A stretch of 64,000 nt of DNA. Source: Gekko japonicus (Eukaryota). A model generated the notes under the pieces. It was given only the letters and a program-made list of their open reading frames with translations. It made no database searches and was not told the origin of the DNA. The DNA lies in NCBI RefSeq assembly GCF_001447785.1, contig NW_015159714.1:1373594-1437593 (forward strand). Reading direction: 5' to 3'. The position numbers were made by a program, and so were the translations under genes. This document shows positions 12,821 to 23,861 of the stretch, one piece after another (positions within the stretch are counted from its first letter, which is position 1; each line of letters opens with the position of its first letter).

Positions 12821-13925
12821 TTGTTATGTCATCTCACATTGCTGAGCCCCACTGCAAAGCAAATACGCATCTGTGTTGGCATAAGACCTGTGATACTAGT
12901 GCCATACTACAAGTTAAAATGTTCTGCTGGCGGGCTTCCGGTCGAGCTTTGATGAAGGGTTGACGGGTCCTGAAATCGCTCAGGGCGAGCAACAGCTTCT
13001 TTCGACAGCTTGGGTTATTTACAGCCCAACGCAGCACCCCTCTGCGCAGGGGGGAGTCAAGTATGCAGCAGTGCCCAAGCAGAAGTTGAGATCAGAGTGA
13101 TTTGTGTCCCGGAGGGGGGATATTTTACTCTTTGAACTCCTTCTACGAAGCGGGCAGAAGCAATTCATCACTACAGAAGCTGTTCGCGTTGGAATTCCAA
13201 CTTAAACCCATCATCAGCCGATCTCTTGGGGAAGGAAAACAGTGAGTTGGATGAAAAGAGGCAATGTGCACCCCAGTTTAGAAGTGTGAGATAACAAGAA
13301 CAGATAAGCTTACCGTTTAATGGAGTAAAAGACATTTTGGCTTAGCGGTCAAGCAGATATTAAATCTAGCATCCCGATGGTGTAAGTTTGGAGGAAAAAG
13401 CCGTGTTTAATACTCTTAAAATCGCTAAAAAATAACTTTGTTGAACATTCCTGTGGTGAGCTAAAGTGAAACTGACGAAAAGCTATCGCGAGTCTTGAAT
13501 GCCTGTTGCCACATTGAAAGCCTTCCGACAGGAAGAAAACCATCAATACACCACAAAGAGCGGCCCGGTGGACTGTCTGGTGACCGGAAGAACATCGACT
13601 ATATTAAACTGAGGTACCGGAAGTGCGAAGGGCCGGACATACAGAGTGAATTAATCAGGAAGTTGCCTTCTCTACACACATAAATCATAGACAAGTTGCG
13701 CCCGGCATTTTGAGGAGGACTGCAGACTTGAAAGGCTTTTTAAATACATAAATCAAAGGGAAGCGGGGCGAAAAAACGAAGGTGGGTGTAAGTGCATAGA
13801 GACGCATGCCAATGTGATTGTGTGGAGGCTTTAAGCCAGTTGGACTATACGTCAACACGGAGAAGCGAAAGGGCAAAATTGACATCTTTCTAAGACCAAG
13901 AGCAGCCTCGACTTCAAGCCCAAAG

Positions 13926-14801
13926 ATGGCAACGTCGGAAAAAGAGAAAGAAAAGGAGAAAGAAAAGCAGAAGAAGGAGAAGAAAGAATGGCAGCTTGCT
14001 ATAGAAGCGATGGAAAAAAGAATGACTGAGGCAATACAGGCGTTGGGAAAACAACTGGAACAACAAATGGAAAAACAAACACAGAGACACTTAGAACAAC
14101 TGGAAGAAGTTCAGGAGAAAAATGTGACAGCAATCAAAGAGTTGGTGACAACAGAGATAGCTTTGATCAAACAAGACATGGATGGGCTCAAACTGGAAGT
14201 ACAAGGAATGGCAACAAAATCAACGGAAGTGGAAGAAAAGATACAGCTTTTGGATAAAGCACAAGAGACAACAAATCAACAAATCAGACGATCTGAGGCA
14301 ATGATGGAATACAGGCGACTGCAAAATCACCTAAGATTCAGAGGAATTGAAGAAGAGGAGGATGAAGATATAAGAGAGGTCATGAGAAAATCAATAACTG
14401 AATATCTGGAAGAAGATGACGGTGACATGGATTATGAATTTGATCTGATCTACAGAGTTAATTCAAGAATTGCAGAAAAAAGAAAACTTCCAAGAGATGT
14501 GATAGTGCAGTTTTTATCTAGAAAAACAACAGAAGACATCTTTAAGAAACAATTTACACATCCACTGGAAATTGGAGGAAAGAAAGTCATGATATTAAGA
14601 GAGCTCCCCAGAACAATTCTTCAAGACAGAAGAAGTTACAAGACCCTAGCGGACAAGCTGAAGAGCATGAACATCAGATTTCGATGGGAAATACCCCAAG
14701 GACTTTCCTTCACTTACAAAGGAGGGAGACATGTTATTAGATCGGTGGAAGATCTCTATAGGTTCAAAGGGGACAATTTAGATGATTTTGGGGACTTATA
14801 A
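13926..14801 (+). CDS. L1 ORF1p (coiled coil + RRM + CTD), 291 aa from the first ATG
   Basis: MATSEKEKEKEK..., long heptad-rich coiled coil, then RRLQNHLRFRGIEE, YRVNS...KLPRDVIVQF and LKSMNIRFRWEIPQGLSFTY, which are typical L1 ORF1 motifs. No internal stops. Confidence 0.93.
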   Translation: MATSEKEKEKEKEKQKKEKKEWQLAIEAMEKRMTEAIQALGKQLEQQMEKQTQRHLEQLEEVQEKNVTAIKELVTTEIALIKQDMDGLKLEVQGMATKSTEVEEKIQLLDKAQETTNQQIRRSEAMMEYRRLQNHLRFRGIEEEEDEDIREVMRKSITEYLEEDDGDMDYEFDLIYRVNSRIAEKRKLPRDVIVQFLSRKTTEDIFKKQFTHPLEIGGKKVMILRELPRTILQDRRSYKTLADKLKSMNIRFRWEIPQGLSFTYKGGRHVIRSVEDLYRFKGDNLDDFGDL

Positions 14802-14823
14802 TACAACTAATAAAAACTATATA

Positions 14824-17800
14824 ATGGAGTACAAGTTTTTATCTTGGAATGTTAACGGACTAAATTCATCTAATAAAAGAAATAGAATTAAGCATTGGAT
14901 TTCAAAACAGAAGTGCAATTTGATTTGTTTACAGGAAACCCACGTGAAAAAGCAAGATGCTAAATATTTGATAAACAAAAAGTTGGGAGAAGAATTTTAT
15001 TCTCTGGCCAATAACAAGAAAAAAGGAGTAGTAATTTATGCAAAGAAAGAACTACAACCAAAAGAAATTTTTGCGGACTCAGAAGGGAGATTTGTGGCTG
15101 TCGAGGTGGCAATACACCAAAAGAAAACTTTGATTGTCAATGTATATGCCCCAAATGGAGCTAAGGAAAAATTCTTCAAAGATTTAGCAGGGCAATTACA
15201 ACAATTAAGCTATGATCACCTAATATTGGCTGGAGACTTTAATGGTACAGTAGACAACAAATTGGACAGGCACTCGGCGAAGGGAGACGGAAAAAGTGGA
15301 AAATTACCAAACGCTTTTTTCGAATTAATGAAACAAGAGAAGTTACAAGACGTCTGGAGAAATTGGAATCAAAAAATAAAAGACTTTACCTTCTACTCTG
15401 ATCGACATAGTTCTTTTTCCAGGATTGACATGATATGGATGACAGAAGAATTGGTTTTAAATACACAAAAAATAGAAATATTGCCGAGATGTAACTCTGA
15501 CCACAATCCGCTTGTATGGAGTACAAAGGAAAAAAACAAGAACTTTCTATGGAGAATCAATGAAGACTTGTTGGACAAGAAGAATGTAGTTGAGCTGTTA
15601 AAGGAAGAAACTAAAAACTTTTTTCAACAAAACTTAAATCATGGTACTTCAATACAAGTGGTCTGGGAAGCTTACAAAGCGGTGATGAGAGGGATTTTAA
15701 TCTCACAAAATGTGAGACAAAAAAAAGAGAACTTTAAGAATCAAACGGAAGTTTTAAACAAAATAAGACAAAAAGAGAGTGAGCTTATGAAAAAACCTGG
15801 AAAAAAGAAAATTTTAAGAGAACTTCAATTGTTAAGGGAACAGCTAAATGTTATGCTAAACCAGGAGTTGTACTGGAATTTAAAGAAGTTACAACAAAAA
15901 TCTTTTGAAGGAGCAAATAAACCAGGAAAATTTCTGGCTTGGCAACTTAAAAACAGAAAGGAAAGAAGAATGATCAACAAAATAGTAGAAGAGGGAAGAG
16001 AATTTGTCGATCCCAAAGGAATCAAAAGATGCTTTTTTAAATACTACGCAAAATTATTTCAAGGGAAGAAGTCTGATTTGGTAAAATTAAATAAATATTT
16101 CGAATGCACAGCACTGCCAAAGATACAAGGAGAATACAAAGATTTACTGAATGGTCGTATCCAAAAGGAAGAACTGGCCAAAGCAATCCAAGACACAAAA
16201 TTGGGAAAAGCGCCAGGACCGGATGGATTTACCGCAAAATTTTATAAAAAATTGAAAGAAGAGTTAATTCCGGTCCTGGAAATGTTAACAAATGATATTA
16301 GGGATACGAAAGTTATACCTGAATCTTGGAAGGACGCTATTATATCATTAATACCCAAAGAAGGCCAGGATTTAACCAATGTAAAGAGTTATAGACCAAT
16401 ATCGCTTTTGAACAATGATTACAAAATATTTGCGAAAGTGATTGCAGAAAGAGTGAAAAAATACTTACAGACGGTAATTTCAGAAGAGCAAGCTGGTTTT
16501 CTACCGAATAGACAAATTCGAGACAATCTAAGAATAGTAATGGATGCAATCAAGTATTATGAGAAACACCCAGAGAAGGAAGTAGCCTTTTTATTTTTAG
16601 ATGCGGAAAAAGCCTTTGACAACTTAAATTGGGACTTCATGTTTCAGATGTTTGGAGAAATGGAAGTTGGGCATCCGTTTAGCAACATGATTGAAGCGAT
16701 CTACTCTGATCAAAGAGCGAGGTTAAATGTGAATAAAGACTTGACGGATCACTTCAGGGTTCAAAAAGGTACACGGCAAGGATGCCCACTCTCACCTTTA
16801 CTTTTTATTTGGGTATTGGAGATTCTGTTACAGAAAGTACAAGAAGATGAAGAAATCAAAGGGCTCAAAATTGGAGGTTACAGTTATAAATATAGAGCTT
16901 TTGCAGATGACGTGATGTTTATGGTGGAAGAACCAGGAGAAAAATTACCGCTGTTGTTAAAAAAGATTGAAGACTTTGGTGTGCTGGCAGGGTTTTATAT
17001 AAACAAGAACAAAACTAAACTTTTATGCAAGAATATGACGAAAAAAAGGCAAAAGGACTTACAAGACCTGGTACAGTGTGAAGTGGTGAAGAAAATAAAG
17101 TATCTGGGAATTGAATTAACAATGAAAAACATCGATCTTTATAAAAATAATTACGAAAAGCTATGGAATATTCTAACACAAGACTTTAAAAAGTGGAATA
17201 CTATGAACTTATCGCTTTTGGGGAGAATCTCCGTAGTCAAAATGAATATATTACCACGATTGATGTTTTTGTTTCAAACTATTCCTATTGTGACTAAGAT
17301 TGATGTATTGAATAGATGGCAGAGAGAAATCTCAAAATTTGTTTGGGGGGGCAGGAAACCTAGAATTAAGATGAAAATTATGTGTGATGCTAAAGAGAGA
17401 GGGGGATTGCAGTTACCAAATTTGCGCTTGTATTATGATGCAGTCTGTATAGTATGGTTAGAAAAATGGGTTAATCTGAAAGACAAAAAACTGCTTACTT
17501 TGGAAGGACATAATTGCAGATTTGGTTGGCATGCATACCTTTGGTATGAAAAAAATAAGGTTGATAATTTTTTCAGACATCACTTTGTGAGAAATGCCTT
17601 ATTTGTAACGTGGACGAGATATAAAAGATTTTTCTTTGATGCAAGACCATTGTGGATAGTACCAGCAGAAGTTCTATCGTCATACACGAGGCAAAGCGGT
17701 AAAGAATGGTTGCCGTACAGAGATTTAATTAAAAAAGTTGGTACAGAATGGCAAATGAAAGAGCAGGATGAAATACAGTATAAATATGTATGGTTGAGCT

Positions 17801-18579
17801 ATTTACAGATAGTTGACTTGTTCAATTCAGATAAGAAAAAATATGGTTTCAGAGAAGAGAAAAATGAAATTGAAACTGTCTGGGAGGGAGGAGGGAAAAA
17901 AGCGATTTCTACCGTATATAAAGTTTTGTTAAAATGGTATACGGAAGACGAGACGGTGAAAGAACAAATGCTTAAATGGGCAGTAAATGTTAATACTGAG
18001 ATTTCTATGGATTCCTGGGAATATCTGTGGAAGAACTCGATTAAAATTTCGACCTGTACTAATGTGAAGGAGAACTGTTATAAAATGATGTACAGGTGGT
18101 ATATGACACCAAAGAAAATAGCCAACATGAGTCAAAATCTTTCCAACAAGTGTTGGAAATGTAGAAAACATGAAGGTTCATTTTACCATATGTGGTGGAC
18201 ATGTGAAAAAGCTGTGGACTTCTGGACCAGGGTCCACAGCGAAATGCAAAAGATTCTGAAATGTTCCTTTAAGAAAGCGCCAGAAATTCTGCTCTTAGGA
18301 CTTAAAATGGAAGAACTGAATATTACAAAAAGGACTCTATTTTGGTATCTGATTACAACGGCGAGACTACTCTATGCACAATGTTGGAAACAAGAAAGAA
18401 TTCCAGAGTTAGAAGAATGGATACAAAAAACTTTGTTTATGGCGGAGATGGACAAAATTACAAAAAAATTGAATAACAAAGAAGATCAGGAATTCTATGA
18501 AGAGTGGAGAGACTTTAAAGTTTACCTAGAAAAGAACTGGGATGTGAAACATAACTTACTATATTTGGAACAATATTGA
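14824..18579 (+). CDS. L1 ORF2p (APE endonuclease, reverse transcriptase, C-terminal CCHC), 1251 aa; an alternative in-frame ATG lies at 14782
   Basis: EN motifs SWNVNGLN, LQETH, NVYAPN, AGDFN, SRID, SDHNP. RT motifs APGPDG, YRPISLLN, LDAEKAFD, GTRQGCPLSPLLF, AFADD, YLGI. Zn knuckle CWKC...HMWWTC. The frame is uninterrupted. Confidence 0.97.
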   Translation: MEYKFLSWNVNGLNSSNKRNRIKHWISKQKCNLICLQETHVKKQDAKYLINKKLGEEFYSLANNKKKGVVIYAKKELQPKEIFADSEGRFVAVEVAIHQKKTLIVNVYAPNGAKEKFFKDLAGQLQQLSYDHLILAGDFNGTVDNKLDRHSAKGDGKSGKLPNAFFELMKQEKLQDVWRNWNQKIKDFTFYSDRHSSFSRIDMIWMTEELVLNTQKIEILPRCNSDHNPLVWSTKEKNKNFLWRINEDLLDKKNVVELLKEETKNFFQQNLNHGTSIQVVWEAYKAVMRGILISQNVRQKKENFKNQTEVLNKIRQKESELMKKPGKKKILRELQLLREQLNVMLNQELYWNLKKLQQKSFEGANKPGKFLAWQLKNRKERRMINKIVEEGREFVDPKGIKRCFFKYYAKLFQGKKSDLVKLNKYFECTALPKIQGEYKDLLNGRIQKEELAKAIQDTKLGKAPGPDGFTAKFYKKLKEELIPVLEMLTNDIRDTKVIPESWKDAIISLIPKEGQDLTNVKSYRPISLLNNDYKIFAKVIAERVKKYLQTVISEEQAGFLPNRQIRDNLRIVMDAIKYYEKHPEKEVAFLFLDAEKAFDNLNWDFMFQMFGEMEVGHPFSNMIEAIYSDQRARLNVNKDLTDHFRVQKGTRQGCPLSPLLFIWVLEILLQKVQEDEEIKGLKIGGYSYKYRAFADDVMFMVEEPGEKLPLLLKKIEDFGVLAGFYINKNKTKLLCKNMTKKRQKDLQDLVQCEVVKKIKYLGIELTMKNIDLYKNNYEKLWNILTQDFKKWNTMNLSLLGRISVVKMNILPRLMFLFQTIPIVTKIDVLNRWQREISKFVWGGRKPRIKMKIMCDAKERGGLQLPNLRLYYDAVCIVWLEKWVNLKDKKLLTLEGHNCRFGWHAYLWYEKNKVDNFFRHHFVRNALFVTWTRYKRFFFDARPLWIVPAEVLSSYTRQSGKEWLPYRDLIKKVGTEWQMKEQDEIQYKYVWLSYLQIVDLFNSDKKKYGFREEKNEIETVWEGGGKKAISTVYKVLLKWYTEDETVKEQMLKWAVNVNTEISMDSWEYLWKNSIKISTCTNVKENCYKMMYRWYMTPKKIANMSQNLSNKCWKCRKHEGSFYHMWWTCEKAVDFWTRVHSEMQKILKCSFKKAPEILLLGLKMEELNITKRTLFWYLITTARLLYAQCWKQERIPELEEWIQKTLFMAEMDKITKKLNNKEDQEFYEEWRDFKVYLEKNWDVKHNLLYLEQY

Positions 18580-18750
18580 AATAAGAATATGATGTTATCT
18601 TAAGTTGTGCTGGAGGGACGAGGGGGGAAGCGTTGCGGGAAGCCAGCGGGAGGGAGAGAGTAAATTGGGGATATTGGTATGGGGTTAAAACTGAAATATT
18701 AATTTGAACTGATGATATGTCAATATTTTCATGAAAATAAAATTGTGTTC

Positions 18751-19029
18751 AAAAAAAAAAAAAATGTTCTGCTGGCTTTGCAGTTATTGTGTTTCCCCCT
18801 GGCTGGCAATGCAGTCTCATAGCACTGAGCCATTGAGGTGCTAATTAGCTACTAGTGAATGTTTTCTGTTTCCAGTACTGTCCTCAGGGTAAAAAAAAAA
18901 AAATGTTCTGCTGGCTTTGCAGTTATTGTGTTTCCCCCTGGCTGGCAATGCAGTCTCATAGCACTGAGCCATTGAGGTGCTAATTAGCTACTAGTGAATG
19001 TTTTCTGTTTCCAGTACTGTCCTCAGGGT
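18751..19029. repeat. Exact tandem duplication of polyA + 126 bp at the L1 3' junction
   Basis: A14 + 18765-18890 followed by A13 + 18904-19029; the two 126-bp units are identical. Confidence 0.95.
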
Positions 19030-19079
19030 TCTGTTTTTTCCCCTTCTATCAAAATTATTGTCATGGGACGGGGAACATG

Positions 19080-19289
19080 CAGGGGTCATTTGGGGGGGGA
19101 CGCGGGGGGACGCCATCCCCCCCGGGTGAGGTGCGGGAGGGCGGGGCCTGGAGCTCCCTGCTGGTGCCCGCTGGAGGTCGCCGCCGGCTGTGGGGAGGAC
19201 ACACTTCCGGTGATGTCAGGGGGTGTGGCATATGCTAATGAGTTATGCTAATGAATCCCCCTAGCTCTTTTTCTACGAAATGACCCCTG
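19080..19289 (-). mobile_element. hAT MITE of the same family, inverted, with a different GC-rich interior
   Basis: TIRs caggggtcattt / aaatgacccctg; perfect 8-bp TSD GGAACATG (19072-79, 19290-97). Confidence 0.92.
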
Positions 19290-22200
19290 GGAACATGCCT
19301 TTGGTGGAATGAGAGAACTTTGGTGGATAAGATTCCAGGCAGCCATGAGCAGTTTGGTAAGAAGAATACAGTACAAGATGGTTAGAACAGGGACCTCTAG
19401 ATTGGATATGAGATTGATCAGTGAATCATACAGAATGGCAAAGTTCTTTGCACAAATTCTTTGGTTAATACGTACTGCTCTCTGTAATTTTGAGTTGTGT
19501 TATCTAGGCATGGGCAATAGGCTAGTAGTCCCAAACCAATTAGGGTGACACACTTCCATAATTTACCTTTAATTTACACTTAATTTGGTGGTTTAGCCAT
19601 TGACCTGAAAACGTTGTGTGTGATTTTGTTTTTCTATTACAGATACCGTTGGCTGCCTGGGAAATTAAAATATTTACTATGTATGTACACAGAGTGGAGC
19701 AGGATCATACCTATTAGCTCCATTCCCCACTGCCTGTGCACTCAGCTGAACATGTGTGCAGAGCTTTGTGTGCAATTGGAACTCTGCTTTTTCCTGATCA
19801 CATGGGATATTTACTTTTTAAATGCATAGGACTCTGTACATACAGTCCCCTAAATGTGTAGACATTGGAGATGAGGCCAGCAGGCATTGGAGATGGGATT
19901 CTGCTGCCTTTTGAACATCTGTAAAACCTCTGACAGGTTTGATCTCTCAAGTCTTTTGAGAATCCCTGTACTGCGCTGTTCAGATAAGTTTGGCTGATAA
20001 TTGAGTTTTTGCATTACCGGAGAACTGAGAACCTTTCAGTGCTTGGAATGAAATACAAGAGGTAGTTTAGGGCTCCAAAATACTCCACTAGGAGGTGAAG
20101 CAATTTTCAGAATTATGTTTAAGAGCTTTATTCAGCTATGGGAATATAGCATGCCAGACTTGTAGAATCAGATGATTTTAGCTGGGTGGGGTTAGCCATG
20201 ACAATCGAAGGACACTACTTCTTATTTTAAAAGTGGCTACAATTATTGGCATAAAAGCAATTGATTTAGGACCAAGAACAGTTGTTTCTACAACTACATA
20301 AGAAGATCTAAAAGTGCAGTAGGAACAACATGTTATTAGACCTTTGTTTTTTCATGCTTCAAGCATGTATAGCAATGTTATTACCCTGTTTTTCCCTGTA
20401 ATGCTACTTGGTTAAAATACAAACAATTAATCAATTATATGAACCCATTCCAAGGTAACCCCCTTAGTATTCTTGGGAATGTTATTGCAGAGAAAGTTTC
20501 AACAAACTTCATCAAAGTCTTTCACCATTTTTCAATTCTTAAAAAAAACCTAACTAGTCAGTGTATTGTGAAATCCCCCCCCCAGCAAAACCTTTTATTA
20601 AGAAAAAACCCACATTAATCGCAGTAATTGAGATCTTTTTTCAAGCTTTAATTAGCGTGGCCATCCTGAATACAATCTAGTAATGGTGTCTTGATTGACT
20701 CAATTTTATTTTTATTCTTCTGTAGAGCAGAGCTGAGTAATAGAGAGGGTAGCTTTTGTGACAATAACATTCTTGTGTTTCCAATTTTGAACTTATTAGA
20801 CCTTAAAAGTGGTCTCCCAGGATAGGAGGTTTTTGCCTTGAAATATTATCTGATGTCTGGGCTTGGGGATTTCCGGGAAAACAGCTTTCATTCCCCCCCC
20901 CCCTTCATTGCTGTCCTTTCAGAAGAGCTGAACATTCACCAAGCCAGTTAATGCAAGCAGAATGTAAAAGAACTCAGCACCTCCTGAGACTGGATTTCGA
21001 TGTCTTCAGTACTGTGCATGAAAGAAATGAACATATGTAGAAATGAAGCTTGTTGAAATCAGTGAGACTTACTTCTAAATAAATATAAGTTGGCACATAA
21101 GAATTGCACTTGGATTTGTCACTACATAACATTTGTTGTGCAACTGCTGCACAATTTACAAGTTAATTGGAGTCTCTAGAACTCTGTAATTTGTACTAGC
21201 TGATTTCAGCTCTGGGCTTTTTTTTCTTTCAGAAGAGTGACAGGAGAATATATGACCAAATCAGAGTATACCAGATACTAATAAAGGTTGACTGACAGCT
21301 TCAAATTGACACAGAGAAAAAGGGAAAAAATGAACAAGCTTTAAACATGTGCATTGCAGTATTAGGCAGCAGTTGTTACTTATGTCATTAATTAGTTATG
21401 AGAAACAGATGTGCAAAATAGCTTCCTCAAGTTTCAACTTTTTGAGATGACATATAAAAAGATTTTTACTTGTAACAACAACTACGTTCCAAATTTCCAG
21501 ATCCAGGTATTGATTTACTATTACAGTGTCACTTTACTAACACATGACTGAAGCTGGGACGATCATCAGAGTCTACACTTTGTGACTGTCAATGGCAAAA
21601 ATTAAAAGTACACACATACATTAAGCTGCATTCAGACATTATAAACACACTCCAGTTTGTGTTGATCATGAGCCAGGAAATTCTCATTGTTTCCCATCTC
21701 TTCCCTTGTACTCAGATCCAGGAATGAGGACTTCCTTTTATGAAGGAAACCTCAGTTCGTTCAGTTTTTTTCTTGCCTACAAATGTAACATGGGGTTTTA
21801 AATCAGGGTTAAACTGGTTTAAAACTCTCGTTTCTTTCCAACCAAGAAGTGCAAAGGCCCAATCACTTTGGGGCCCCTTCCTATTGTAAATAAACCAGAG
21901 TTTATTTGTTATGTTTGACTGCAGCCTATAGCAGAAATACAGTACTGAAGTCAAAAGGACATTATTTCAGATAAACTACATACACTTTCCTTACTCCCTG
22001 TTTATTATTTTCGTAAAGTGTGATGGAGAAACAACCACCCAGCCAATGTTTACTGTTTTAAAATCATAAGTAGGTAGCTTCCTCTTGCTGTTACTTGGAT
22101 GATGTATGACTTCCTCCAAGTATCCAAGTAGTTGAAGTTTACAAGCCATGTGTGGCTTGTTCCAAAGTCTATTGAGTTAGATGGGAATGTTTTCCATGAT

Positions 22201-23509
22201 TTCAATAGGCTTTTTGATCAGGCTGTTATTCCTTTAGACCATATAAATAATAGATTTTTAAAAAATTTAACCCCTGGGCTGCTTTGGGCAACCTCAGTCC
22301 TTGCTTGAGGGGTTGAGAGAACACAGGCATAAAGGCAGAAATGGAGATGGAATTGTTTAAGGTGGTCTCAGGACCAGAAAAGAAAGGTTACTTATTCATA
22401 TGATACATTAGTCATGGCTTTATACAGGCTATGATTTTCACAATTTAAGGCAAAGCTGAAGGAAAATTAAGATGTGAGAAGGGGGGAAATAATACATGCG
22501 GGGAGATTTTTAAAAAGCCATGTGAAACAGGAACTGGGAAGGCAGTGGAACCAGATGTTTATGATAGAGTTGTGTGCCCCCTCCAAAGGAAGCTGATTTT
22601 TGATTACATCAGTTTTATTTGATGGGAAAACAAGAGGGGAGCCTCAGAGTTTCTGTGTTGCATGGGTTTATGTTACCTCCTCCAGAAGCACTAGGTTTAC
22701 ATTCATTTTTGCATTGCTCTGCATTTTGTTAATGTAACTTTATTAAAATCAGTGAACTTTTCTTTTACATGGAAGTAGAGAGACCCAGAAGTCAATCAAT
22801 TGTTTTATTTTTCTGGCATTGTTTGTGGGAAATTAAAAAGTACTAGAAATCCTCCAGCTCCCAAGGGAAATAAAAACTCTGCCACTTAATGAATTGGATC
22901 AATGGCTCATCTAGCATGGTAATGTCAGCCATGAGTGGAGTGCGTCTTGAACTCTGCTCTCTAGGGTTTCAAGTAGAAGTTGTTCCCAGCCCTGCTACCT
23001 GATACCCTATTAAGTGGAGATGGCAAGAGCTCATACTTGAATCTTCATACATGCAAAGCATGCATTCACCTTCTGAGCTATGGCCTCTCTTTTTGAGCAG
23101 TGAGAAAGGATGTTTTATCAGCAGATGGCAATACTATATTTAGGCACTGGCTCAGCAGCCGTGGTCTCATTGTTGTAATGCATGTTGTGATATACTATTT
23201 TCCTAGTTATATAGTCATGAAGTAATCTTTTCCAACAGAGTTTGTTTAAAATATATATATTAATTTATGTAAACACAAGTAGACCTCAGTAGACAAAGGA
23301 TTATAGACTATATGTCAGTATTTCATAGACCAGGAACAAAAAAAAGGTGGCTCTTCATACACATACACGGCCAACATTTTTGTTGCTTTCACAGGACTAT
23401 CCTAAACAGATTTACATGATACTAAGTCCATTGACTTCAGTGGTCTTCGAAGGGTGTAACTCCACTTAGGATTGCATTTAGTGATGCTGTAGTAAACTGT
23501 GTAGTAAAA

Positions 23510-23861
23510 GGAGCTGCGGTGGCTCAAGTGGTTAAGACGCTGAACTGCAGGCTGTGGAAGGTTAGTAGTTCAGCAGTTCGAGACCCGGGTGCCGCAAGAC
23601 GGAGTGAGCTCCCGTCTCTAGTTCCAGCTCCTGCCAACCTAGCAGTTCGAAAGCAAGAAATTGTAAGTAGATAAATAGGTACCACTTCAGTGGGAAGGTA
23701 ACAGCGTTCCGTGCGACTTGGTGTTTAGTCATGCTGGCCATATGACCACGGAAACGTCTTCGGACACCGCTGGCTCTTTGGCTTTGAAACGGAGATGAGC
23801 ACCGCAACCCTAGAGTCGGACTCGACTGGCTTTCAAGCAAGGGAACCTTTACCTTTACCTT
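23510..23861 (+). mobile_element. Sauria SINE (Squam1-like; tRNA head, BovB-related tail)
   Basis: A box (tggctcaagtgg) and B box (gttcgagac), (ACCTTT)n tail; TSD TAGTAAACTGTG (23490-501, 23862-73) with an extra 5' tagtaaaa. Confidence 0.9.

Larger units (their letters stand above)
12932..18760 (+). mobile_element. Full-length LINE-1 (L1 clade), ~5.8 kb, sense orientation in PDZRN3 intron 1
   Basis: TSD AAAATGTTCTGCTGGC at 12916-12931 and 18761-18776, preceded by TT (TT/AAAA L1 endonuclease site). ~1-kb 5'UTR, ORF1, ORF2, G-rich 3'UTR, AATAAA at 18736-41, polyA from 18751. Confidence 0.97.

Noticed and set aside
12422-19297. A composite transposon that already moved the L1 here
   Set aside because: The outer flanks differ (TTGTTATG vs GGAACATG) and each MITE and the L1 has its own TSD, so these are three independent insertions.
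21215-21295. Strong-looking acceptor (tttttttctttcAG) with a short frame and AATAAA, as an alternative terminal exon
   Set aside because: The AATAAA lies before the stop codon, there is no homology support, and such acceptors are common by chance.
23510-23590. tRNA genes at SINE heads (also 11573, 47348, 48415, 58235)
   Set aside because: A/B boxes are present, but there is no full cloverleaf and each continues into a SINE body and tail.
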